A stretch of 63,643 bases of DNA, filler included, from Octopus bimaculoides (taxonomy: Eukaryota): NCBI RefSeq assembly GCF_001194135.2. It is 5 parts of 4 records of this genome, joined end to end, with 100 filler letters (N's around TTAATTAATTAA, not from the genome) between each part and the next. Parts side by side here need not be neighbours in the genome. Positions count along the whole stretch, not along the records: positions 7,918 to 25,193 come from NC_068985.1; 4 more parts are not named here. One strand, given 5' to 3'. Both the position numbers and the translations under genes were made by a program. Positions 11,270-21,790 of this stretch are shown piece by piece (within the stretch, counting starts at the first letter, position 1; the number at the start of each line of letters is the position of its first letter). Under the pieces are notes generated by a model. The model was not told the origin of the DNA. It was given only the letters and a program-made list of their open reading frames with translations, and made no database searches.

Positions 11270-13060
11270 TGTATATTGTTTTAGCAACAACATCATGTCA
11301 CAGTGGTTGCAGGATTTTGTTCATTTCACTTTTGAGCTCTTAGCTGGTGTATTTATTTTTGCTACTATTGTTTAACAGGTACCATCTTAGCTATAAATTA
11401 TAGCATTTGAATGCTGTCTGCATTGATGTTAAGATTTTTCCTTCCTCATTTCTTCTGAGATAGAATCTATTAATAATGCTAGTTCTGTGGAAATTAGCAG
11501 CTGATGCCAAGATCTTGTAGGTTTTAATGTCTATAAAGCAGATTTCCTCCAAAGCCCAGTCAAGTATTCCAAATGTTGATATTAGTACTGATACTGCAAA
11601 TACATTGTGAGGTATTTTTTTTAAGTGGAAAGTTCTGATTGCTATATCTTTCTTAGTCTGGTTTAATATATTTTGGTCATATATATCATACTTTGTATGA
11701 TATATTTTCATCAATACTAAGGTATTTGTAATGCTTTTCCTATGAAAAAGAGTAGGCAAAAGGCCTTTGAAGCAAAAGTTTGGGGTTTGGGGAACAGGTT
11801 TTATGCATCCAATTGTTAAATATGAACACTTCATCCTTATATCAACAGAAAATGTTTTGATTAAGATCTTTAGATCAGTCACAAAGAAAGGATTACATTG
11901 GAATCTCTTGTCGTTGTAGATCCTAAGACATAAGCACTGGATTTTCAAGAGCAAAAAAATAACAGTGGATTTAGGACCAAAATAAACAGAAGCACAAATA
12001 GACTATCACCTTAGAATAATTCTGTTGAAATATTAATAACATCATTGCACTTTCAGTCAAAAGAATGAGAATTGTGCACCAGGTCTTCATTTACTTTTCA
12101 ATGGCAGAAACTAAGGCAGCAAGTACTTTTACTAACTGTTGTAACTTCAATAACCATGAATGAGGAATGGGATTGAATGCATTTCTGGAATCAAGCCATA
12201 TGTCACAATGTTTCTTCACATTCCTTTCTTTTCACCCTTCTGCTCATTAGTGACTATATCGTTAGACTTTCAATGATCTTGAAAAAACTGGTTCAGGCAG
12301 CTGGAGTACAGTTTGTACATAATGTTCATACAATTTATAAGCTTATAATTCTCTGCCAGAAGAATGATTTGGTTCTTGATGGCAATGTTTGTTCATGCAA
12401 GTCAGTTTGGTATATCACTCTGTCCCTCCATAGTTCTTTTAAATATGTGTATTATTGATTTTCTATATAAGATCAATGTCATGTACCAGTAGCTAGATGT
12501 CTCTTCCTGGTGCATCACTATTATGTAGCTTTCCCTCTGCTTTGGTAAAAGTTTCTATATTCATCATACAGTCTTTACTGTTGATGTTGGTGCAGTTTTC
12601 TTGTATTACTCTGTTTAGCAATGTGGTATTCTGATTAAAATCTAGCCTTTTGTTCTTGATCTTTGACCAGAATGATTTTAGCACTTTCTGGGGTGGTGCT
12701 CTTTTCACTATGATGTTTCCCAACATCCTCTTGTATACAACTTGTGGAAGAAAACTTGCATTTTATATTACCTCATGTATGTGTGTGTTTTCTCTTTGCT
12801 TTTTAGCTTAAAGTTAATTTTGATAATCACCTGCTTGGTATTAAGATTGTGATGCAAAGCATCTTATTCATTTTAGTTTGTTCGTCATTTTTTAAATCTT
12901 AAGAAGCACTTGCAGATTTTTATTGTCCCAAATATTTTGATCATTTGTAGCATATGAATTAATGAGTTGCATTCTCTCCCTACTAACCTAAGTTCAGCCA
13001 CACTTTGCTTCAAGCTGGTTGGTAAATAGCCTGTTGCTCTAATTATAATGGGTATGCAAT
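11270..13060 (-). mobile_element. R4/Dong-type LINE, decayed reverse transcriptase region
   Basis: FWSKIK..KLHNSDAPGRDI (like NWKAPGPDGI), MNIMYKLYSSCLNQFFQDH, WLDSRNAFNPIPHSW (like WLDYxKAFDSVPHSW), FFVTDLKILIKTFSVDIRMK (degenerate xDD box). Many stops and frameshifts. Confidence 0.82.
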
Positions 13061-13340
13061 TGGAAGTGTATCTTGAGTGTTGTATTTAAAAACTCCTTAG
13101 ACATATTCTTTCTGTATTTTCTGACCATGCTGGTGCCCAGAATGTATCAATATGGTCAGAAAAATGACTGTTTTATGCATAGTTTTTTTTCTTTTTCCTT
13201 GTTTTTACTTCATTCTATTCTATTTGTATTTATTTTGAAATGCTTTGTATACAAATTTTACCGTTTTTATGGACGGTTCGACATATGGAATTCTATTATG
13301 CATGTATTTTCGCCTGATTTTAACTTTTATACACCCAGCA

Positions 13341-13940
13341 ATTTAGTGTCCATTTTCCATGCTAGCATGAGTTAGGTGGTTTGACTGAAACTGGTAAGCC
13401 AGAGAGCTACACCAAGTTCCAGCCTGATTTGGTATGGTTTCTATGGTTGGATGCCCTTCCTAATGCCAACCACTCCAAGAGTGTAAAGGGTGCTTTTTAC
13501 ATACTACCAACATGAGTGCTTTCCTGTATCACTGGCACAGGTGCCAGTTATGTGACACCAACTTCGACCATGGATATGATTTCATTTGTCTTGACAAGGC
13601 TTCACACGCATGGCATATTGCCAAAAGTCTTGGTCACTATTCATCGTCTCCATGAGGCCCAACGTTCAAAGATCATGCTTCACCACCTTGTCCCATGTCT
13701 TCCTGGGTCTACTTCTACCACAGGTTCTCTTCACAGTTAAAGATCGGCACTTCTTTACACAGCTATCCTCATCCATACACATCACATGACCATACCAGTG
13801 CAGTAGTTTCTCTTGCACACCACATTTGATGCCTTTTATGCCCAACTTTTTCCTCAAGACACTTATACTCTGTCATACATGCACACTGACATTGCACATC
13901 CAGTGAAGCATACTAGCTTCATTTCTTTCAAGTCTACGCA
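13341..13940 (-). mobile_element. RTE-clade LINE, 3' fragment
   Basis: RLERNEASMLHWMCNV..LRKKLGIKGIKCGVQEKLLHWYGHVMCMDEDSCVKKCRSLTVKRTCGRSRPRKTWDKVVKHDL, followed by the RTE 3' tail (ggcattaggaagggcatcc..ccatgctagcatgg-like). Confidence 0.9.
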
Positions 13941-13942
13941 TA

Positions 13943-14075
13943 GGATGATTTCAATATAATTTGTAATATCCATAGATATTATGGTGGTTAATGCTATATT
14001 GCCTGAAGAGATCAATGCATGTACAACAACCTACCATAATGTCCATGGATATTACAAATTATATTGTAATCATCT
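13943..14075. mobile_element. Small MITE with long inverted arms and a probable TA target duplication
   Basis: Perfect 22-bp inverted repeat caatataatttgtaatatccat (13952-13973 / 14045-14066), extendable imperfectly to about 38 bp; TA at 13941-42 and 14076-77. Confidence 0.6.
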
Positions 14076-14857
14076 TATGGATGTGGATTACAGTCACAAA
14101 GAACATGTGATTTGTGGAAATGGGCATAGCAATACATTGAAATATTTATGAAATTCCATCCTTGAATTATTATTATTATTATTACTATATTTATCCTATT
14201 TTATAATGGTGTAACTCAGAACTATCCCATAAAATTGCTATTGCAAACTGGAATTACTTGGCTGTAGCGGGCATAATAACAAAAGAGCTTCTATGTGCTG
14301 ATTCAAAAATGGTTCCTATAAATGAATTTAAAGCATGTATATATACAAACCACCACCACCACCACCCCTACACACACATCTATATATAAACACACACACA
14401 CATATGTATATATACATACACACACAGAGCAGTTGATTGATAGACAGGTAGGTATCAGTTCCTGTTTGATGATGATGGAGTTGTATTTTACTGGCACAAG
14501 ACTGTAAATTAGATGAAAAGGATAATGTTGTGCACTTTGACTCATTGTGTATGTGTGTGTGTGTGCAGGTGAACGCACATATATAGCTATATGTGTATGC
14601 ACATATGAGCACACATGAATGGCTACATGTTTGTGTGTATGTGAATGTATATGGCTACACATGTATGTGAAAGCGAAGACAAATGCTCGACTTTGTATGC
14701 ATGTGTGTGCATTTGTGCAGGTAAACACATACATGACAATATGTGTGTGTAGGTAAACAACACGCATTGCCACATGTGTGTGCAGGATAACACCCATGCC
14801 TGACTATTTGTGTGTATGTGTGCAAGGGAACATACATACATATATGTTTGTATGTTT

Positions 14858-15135
14858 ATTTTACTGTTCTTTTGTTTCAGTCATTTGACTGTGACCTTAA
14901 TGGAGTATCACTTTGAAGGATGTTGATAAAATTGACTCTAGTACTTATTTTTAAGCACTGGGGTCAATTTGTGCCAAACCACTAAGTTTCTGGATTGTAA
15001 ACAAACCAACACCAGTTGTCAGTGTGAAATCCACACACACACACATACACAACATGTGCGTGTACGCACACACACACACACACACATATACAGTGAGCTT
15101 CCCCACAATTTCTCTCCACCAAATTAAACATAACA
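14858..15135 (-). mobile_element. Diverged SINE family B (CORE-like), 3' portion
   Basis: ttttgtttcagtcatttgactgtg..caccagttgtc matches the reverse complement of the tail at 42540-42700. Confidence 0.65.
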
Positions 15136-15167
15136 TTTGTTTACATAAATTCTTTCATTTATTTCAG

Positions 15168-15256
15168 GAACCACAAATTCTGCTGCTGCAAATCTGATGA
15201 AATTTTGGTGCTTCATTATTTTGATAACATATGTAACATTGTTTTATGTCTTCTAA
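15168..15256 (+). CDS. Terminal coding exon with a GPI-anchor-signal-like C-terminus
   Basis: Acceptor tctttcatttatttcag|, phase 1 (matches the donor at 9928): (G)TTNSAAANLMKFWCFIILITYVTLFYVF*. Small residues, a spacer, then a hydrophobic tail ending at the stop. Confidence 0.7.
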
Positions 15257-15299
15257 CTAAAGTAAAGAAACAACAGATGAACAGTAGTTGTGTGTATAA

Positions 15300-15700
15300 G
15301 TGGATGCATATTCCAGTTTTTAACTGATGTGTTGTGTGTGTGTGTATGTTCATAAACAGATATAATTTTAAACTATATTGTTGTGTATATGTATATCTAA
15401 ATGAATGTATATTTGTTTTAAACTATAAACTATAAGCGATGTATATGAATGTATATTCCAGTTTTAAACTATATTGGTGTATGTGTATACAAGTGATGTA
15501 TATGAAAGTACATTCCAGTTTTGAACTATATTAGTGTATATACGTTTCAATAAGTGATGTATTGTTGTCAGCTATGTCATGAAATGTATATTAGTGTTTT
15601 AAACTATAATGGTATAAGTGTATGTAGTGATGTATATTGCTGTCAATTATATTATTGTGTATATATGTCTCCTATTTAAAACTACATTGTTGTATGCATG
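15300..15700. repeat. Diverged minisatellite (about 55-75 bp period) in the putative 3' UTR
   Basis: About 6-7 copies of the core atgtatattccagttttaaactatattggtgtat. Confidence 0.7.
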
Positions 15701-16753
15701 TTTTTACTATGGCTGTATTAACTGGAGAGGCCTATTTGCAAGTGCCTCAATCCATCAATAATTATTATATTTTTCATAGATCTCACTTGCTTTTCAATTA
15801 TAAATATAAATCAAGAATCAGAGATTGAGTTAGCTGGGTGTGGTCAGTATTGGCAAAAATTATGTGAGAGTGATAAAGAATCGCCCTTAAATCACTTTTC
15901 CCTCTGAAAATACAATTTTTTTTTTATCGCAAATATTCTTCCCATGGTTTTGAAGTGTAAAAAAAATTGGCCAAAATAGGTCCAGAGTGGAATGATGAGG
16001 GAGGGGTGTAAAAAAAAGAGTTTACAAAACTTTTTTCATACAAGGATGCCCCCACTCCCATCATTTCGAAGGCTGTGGTTTAAGAAAAATGAGGAAAATC
16101 CCTGAAAAACTTTCCTTTCCCCACAAATTTCTTTATAATTGTAATCTATGCTGTTTGAAAGGGATTTGCATAAATTTTCATTAAAAGATACCCATCTTCC
16201 TGAAAGTTATGAGTAAAAGAGTCCTCTCTCCTCACCCCATCGGAAAAATTCTTTCTCCGTAAATCCCTATATACTCTGAAGCCACAACATCTAAGCGGTA
16301 TTTGTAGAAATTTTGTTAAAAAGTATCCATTTTTCTGGATATAATGAGGCAACAAAGTCGGGGCTGTATACATCTGTAGTAATGCCCTTTTATTTATACG
16401 ATTTTTTCATTTCATGCTTATTTCATACATTGTTTGCAATGTTCTCTCTCTCACACACATACTGCAAAGCTTGCAAATGGGCTGCTGAATTAAAATCTCT
16501 ATGTTGCTTTGAGGGGAAGGTAAACTTGACAAACTACTTCTCCCTCTGTTGTTGGACTATCGTGAAGCTTGTTTAAAAAAAGAGAGATTATGACTGATAA
16601 AATAGTGAAAGCAATATTTACTAAGCAAGTGAGCACTATTATACAAAGAAATAATTAGCTGTAAAATATAAAAATTATTAGAAATGTGAATCAAATGTTA
16701 AAATATTATCAAGTGGCTAGCAAAAAACCACCCAGAGAGTGGTCTTTCTGCTA

Positions 16754-16800
<47 letters not shown>

Positions 16801-16938
16801 CCTTTCTACTGGAAGCACAAGACCTCAAATTTTGGGGAAGGGATTAAGTCAATTACATCAACCCAGTGCATAACTGGTACTTATCTAATTGACTCCAAAA
16901 GGATGAAAGGCAAAGTCAAGCTAGGCAAAATTTGAAAC
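16801..16938 (-). mobile_element. SINE family A, partial, alternative tail
   Basis: cctttctactggaagcacaagacctcaaatttgggg..ggatgaaaggcaaagtcaa, preceded on + by (AAT)n. Confidence 0.7.
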
Positions 16939-17443
16939 TGATTGGAAGGGTTATCATGTACATGTTTTGACTTGGTGCAAAAAATGGGCTACCGCAAATA
17001 TTCTACTCAATACTGCAGTTGTCAGTTGTTTGATCTTAACCAGTTGAACATGTCCCTTGGTGGCTGACGATATGCACATCTTTGATCATAAGCAGCAGTG
17101 GGGGAACATCATAGCAATTCTTTGAGAGCAATTCTTTGAGAGCAATTCTTTGGGGTTTGAATAATTCACCTCTGGAAACATAGTTCAACATCCTTAACCC
17201 TTATTCAGGGACCTTTTAAGTGGGATGAGCAGGAAAATAATTCTAACTGGGCCCCACTTGCAAGGTCATATCTTGATATGAGATCACCATGTTGAACATG
17301 TATGGTTGTGATGCATGTGTTTGGTCTTCAGGTAGTCATGAGGAGTATACTGGGCTTTATATATTTTACCCCAGTGTCACTTTGATGGCATGCACTGCTC
17401 TGTCACTCAATAATAATAAGAATAATAATAATAATAATAATAA
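16936..17443 (+). mobile_element. Non-coding retroposon 3' region with (AAT)n tail, copy 1
   Basis: Colinear with 17485-18118 and 52935-53160 (ataattcacctctggaaacat..cccttattcagggacc..gatcaccatg..ctttgatggcatgcactg); ends in (AAT)n. Confidence 0.75.
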
Positions 17444-18032
17444 ATACTCTGATGCAATACCAGGCACTGGCTCTCAATGCTTTCGATCTTAACTGATTGG
17501 AAGTGTTATCATGTACATGTTTTGTCTTGGTATAAAAGATGGGCTACAGTAAATATTCTGCTCAATACCACAGATGTGCTTGTCAGTTGTTTGACCTTAA
17601 CCAGTTGAGAATTTCCCTTGGTGGCTGATGATATGCACATCTCTAATCACAAGCAAAGTAATAGGAGAGCATCATAGCCATGTGCTGAGAGGAATTCTTT
17701 AGGGTTTTAATAATTCACCTTTGGAAACATGGGTGTTTCATTCAACGTCCTTAACCCTTATTCAGGGACCTTTTGAGCAGGATGAACTGCTCAAGATGAA
17801 GAAAATTCTAACTAGGTCCCACCTGCACGGTCATGCACTGTTTATCTTGATATTAGATCACCATGTTGTGCACATATGCTTGTGATGCATGCGCCCATTC
17901 TACCCTTATGAGATGGGTAGTCATGGTGGGTATACTGGGCTTTGTATATTTTATTCCAGTGTTACTTTGATGGCATGCACTGTTCTCTCAATGACGGTGA
18001 TGATGATGATGAAGATAATAATAATAATAATG

Positions 18033-18063
<31 letters not shown>

Positions 18064-18118
18064 TGATGATGATGATGATGATGATGATAATGATAATAAT
18101 AATAACAATAATAATAAT
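17444..18118 (+). mobile_element. Same retroposon 3' region, copy 2 (longer), head-to-tail with copy 1
   Basis: Same motif order; ends in a (GAT)n/(AAT)n run. Confidence 0.75.
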
Positions 18119-18247
18119 GTGCTAACTGATTCTTTAATTAAGTTCTGGAGGTTTGTTAAGTTTAAATGTGACTTGTATCAACTTTGCATCCCTTCCTGGG
18201 CCCATAAAACAAGTTGCAGTAAATATGCCAGGTTTATTTATTGAATA

Positions 18248-19354
18248 CTAGCAATATAACCCGACGTTGTTCGGGTGTGACTTATTACGCCATCTACGAT
18301 AAGTCTTGCTAGGTGAAAATCAACTAAAAAAGAAAGCCTTACAATGAAAAAACCCTTATGAGGTAAATATGTTCATAATTCAAAAGACGAAATTAATAGG
18401 GAAAGTGTGAAGGCTGTTTTGTGTAACATTATTAAGTGTACGTAAATTTCATCCGTCTAATTGGCTATACAAATGCTTGTGCAAAACAACTTTTTGCGCT
18501 GCCTTGATTATACATAGCAGGGTAATTCCTTTTCGCATGAGATAGGACGGCAACACACACACTAAATATATATGGGCAACACACACACTAAATAAAAAAA
18601 GATGTTAGTAAGTAAAAGTGTTTTAAAAAAGATTGTTAAATTTTCAGATTAACACCTGTACGATTTTCACTAGAGTGTTAGGGTTAGGGTTTGTTAGGGT
18701 TAGGTAGGTAATGATGCAGGTGTTAATCTCAAGGTTTACGAAAAGATTTTCAAAAAAAAACTCAACAAACATTTATTCCCTACAAATTGTGAGTTTGTAG
18801 GGAATAAATGTTTGTTGATCGTATTTGAGAAAGATGTCTCGATGGTGAAGGACGGTGTGAGAAATGGAAAGTAAACTTATAATTCCCGCCAATTAGAATG
18901 AGGTCATTGGTAACCATAGGTACATATATATGTGTGTATTTACGTATGATTGGTAGTGTCTGTTTATTTGACCCTCACTCTCCTTCGTTTGTCTGCCATT
19001 ACAGTATCGAAATGTGATTTGATACTGAAATAGTTTATTTTTTCTCCTTCCTTTCTTTTTGTATTTGTTGTTGGATTTTTCATAAAGGTTCATAAAGAGA
19101 AAGTAGGAGTTGAAAGGATTTGTATTAGAAAGAGGAAATTAGATTTTAGTAGGGAGAAAATGTTTACTCGTGTAGTTTTATGGATTATATTCGTTATTAG
19201 GAAATTTTTGGAGTGAAAAAATGACGCAGTGACCTAACAAATTGTATTTAGAATATTAATTGCGATTGTTTAATCGAAGAAATTTGGAATTGTGTAAATG
19301 TATGAATTTTAAACATACACACACACAGAGAAAATTTGCCTTTTATAGTATAGA
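18248..19354 (-). mobile_element. Non-autonomous Helitron (about 1.1 kb)
   Basis: Minus strand starts A|TCTATACTATAAAAGG and ends with hairpin acccga-acaacg-tcgggt, then tatattgCTAG|T. These are canonical 5' TC, 3' hairpin plus CTAG, and an AT insertion site. Confidence 0.85.
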
Positions 19355-19811
19355 TAAACACCAGTCACAGATTTAATGAAAAATTAATGAAATATTTAAT
19401 CCACTAACACAACTAATTATCAAAATGATATATTGATACAAATTCTATAATTTTTTGATTGTTAATCGTATTAATCTGATAGATCTCTGCTTATTGATCT
19501 CATAATAAAATTTCATCCTAACAGGACAAATATTTTACCCATAACCACATTCACTTGCACACACATACATATAACCAAACAGAAAATAAAAGAAGGAAAT
19601 AATAGCTATCCACCATAAGATGTGACTGCAAACTTGAGGGACTGCAATGTTCATCAATACAATCTTTATAAACCTTACTCTGTAATTTTAATTGGTCAAG
19701 CTATGAGGGTTTGATAGCTTATTGGTTCTTGTTCTTAAACTAACCAAAGAAATAAAGAAAACCTGAATCTGTGGTTCGGTGATGTCAAGGACAAAAATTA
19801 ACGTCTTGGGA

Positions 19812-20026
19812 CAGTGCTTCTCAACCGGGGTCCATATGGCCCTTGGGGATCTGTATAAGATTTTGTTGTTAAAATTTGTGTGCAATAAATTGGTTATACT
19901 TCTACAATACATAAAATATTTTAATTTTTTATACAATTCCTAACAATATTTAATTATAAAAATACAGTAAGATTCTTTTACATACAGCAAATGGGTCCAT
20001 AGGCCAAAAATGGTTGCGAACCACTG
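19812..20026. mobile_element. hAT (Charlie-like) MITE
   Basis: TIRs cagtgcttctcaacc / ggttgcgaaccactg; 8-bp flanks tcttggga / ttttagga (6/8 identical). Confidence 0.8.
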
Positions 20027-20217
20027 TTTTAGGATATAAATAGGAGGGAGATGAGGTCTTTAGGATATACATTAGTCATATAGTTAGGTGCAGTTTCCAT
20101 ATTCTGAGGATTTAATAATGTTGGCAATGAACAAATAAATACATTCGTGTGTGTAAGAGTTATTTCAGACCCTAAATGTGTGCGCTTGGTATTTTATGGG
20201 ACCCTGAAGCTTTGTTG

Positions 20218-20398
20218 ATATTTTGGACTGAAGGGATGAAATCATGGTTAAGCTGAAAGTGTATCTTGTGGTTTATATTTCTTTGTGTGCTGTTTGGTGA
20301 CCAAGATTGATTTGGTCACCAAACAGCACACAAAGAAATATAAACCACAAGACACACTTTCAGCTAAACCATGATTTGATCCCTTCAGTCCAAAATAT
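20218..20398. repeat. 181-bp near-perfect palindrome
   Basis: Arms 20218-20304 and 20312-20398 (87 bp, 3 mismatches); 7-nt loop gattgat. Confidence 0.97.
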
Positions 20399-20769
20399 GG
20401 AAAAATGTTTCAAAAGTAATTATCTTTCACATTTGAGAGATTTTTAACTTAAAATATTGATAATTAATTAACACAAGAGCAATCCATGACATTCATTTTA
20501 TTGCTTTGTTATAATAAATAAAGCAATGAAATAATTTTATAAAATGAATTTTTAAATAAAACTAATAAAACAACAAAATTTTTCACTTGTTATTATTTTA
20601 TAAATGTAGGGTTAGCATTGTAAATAAATTGTCTTTGTGCGCATGTGTGTATATAAGTATACATATATACGTACACACGTATGTACGTATGTACATATGT
20701 ACGTACGTACATCCATACATACATACATACATACATAATACATACATACAATTTTCACATTAACAGTGA

Positions 20770-21790
20770 CACTGATAGGATTAATGTGAGATGAATTGAT
20801 GACAGTAGAGCCTTTGAATATTGCATTATATCACTCAAACAACACCTGCTGAATGGTAAAGAAAGAAGTGAGTACATTCCAAAAGTGAGAGCAACAACAC
20901 ATTCAGAGATGGAGAACTACTGTGCAGGTAATTTGAAAATACAACTCTCTCTCATGTGACCGAATCTTGGAGGAAAGACAGGCATCAAACCAATGCATGG
21001 GTACATATCCCATAAGCTAGAGGAAAACAGCAACATTGACAGGAAGAGTATCCTCTCCTGGATCTGTGATAGATGCTTTACACCTCACCTAGTAGGATAT
21101 GCCCTCACTATCCAGAAACTGTAGATAGCTGCTAAACAAGGACAAAGATACCACCAAACCTCCATGTGATAAAAAAAATGTCAGTTCTGCAATACCAGAG
21201 TGGAAGATATCACTCACATCATCAGCATCTGTCCCAAAATATCCACAAGATATGATACTACCTGCCCCTGTGGCATGATATAGTTGCAAAGCCTATTTAC
21301 AATGCTATCTACTAGAAGGACTGCTCTGACATATCTATCAAAGGCACGTCAGAACCAGCAGGTATTCACCCCTTTAAAAACAAGAAATATTGGTATAACA
21401 CCCCAATAAAATCATCAGTTTGGTGTAAACATAACAGACCCGACATTGTTCTGTGGAACATGGAACAAAAATCATCACTGTTGTAGAGGTCAGCTGCCCA
21501 GCAGATGTGAATGTACAACCAAAAGTCCAGGAAAAAGAGAACATTTATGGCAAATTAAAGCAGAAGTTACATGTCTTGTACCCTACTATGAATTCTCATT
21601 TATATCTATCATCATAAATGCCTTAGGTTATGTACCAACAAATTTGCACAAAAATCTTGAAATACTACTTGGTTTCACAGAAAAGGTTCACAAGAAATTG
21701 ATGCAGATACTCCAAATTCAACCTATTAGTGGCATCTATTTATAAGGTGTTCCAAAATTTCTCCCTATGAGATTCTTATGTGAATAGATG
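20770..21790 (+). mobile_element. R4/Dong-type LINE, 3' fragment (zinc knuckle plus RLE endonuclease)
   Basis: CQFCNTRVEDITHIISICPKIS (CCHC), HDIVAKPIYNA, WYNTPIKSSVWCKHNRPDIVLWN, VEVSCPADVNVQPKVQEKENIYG, IINALGYVPTNLHKNLE. Confidence 0.87.
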
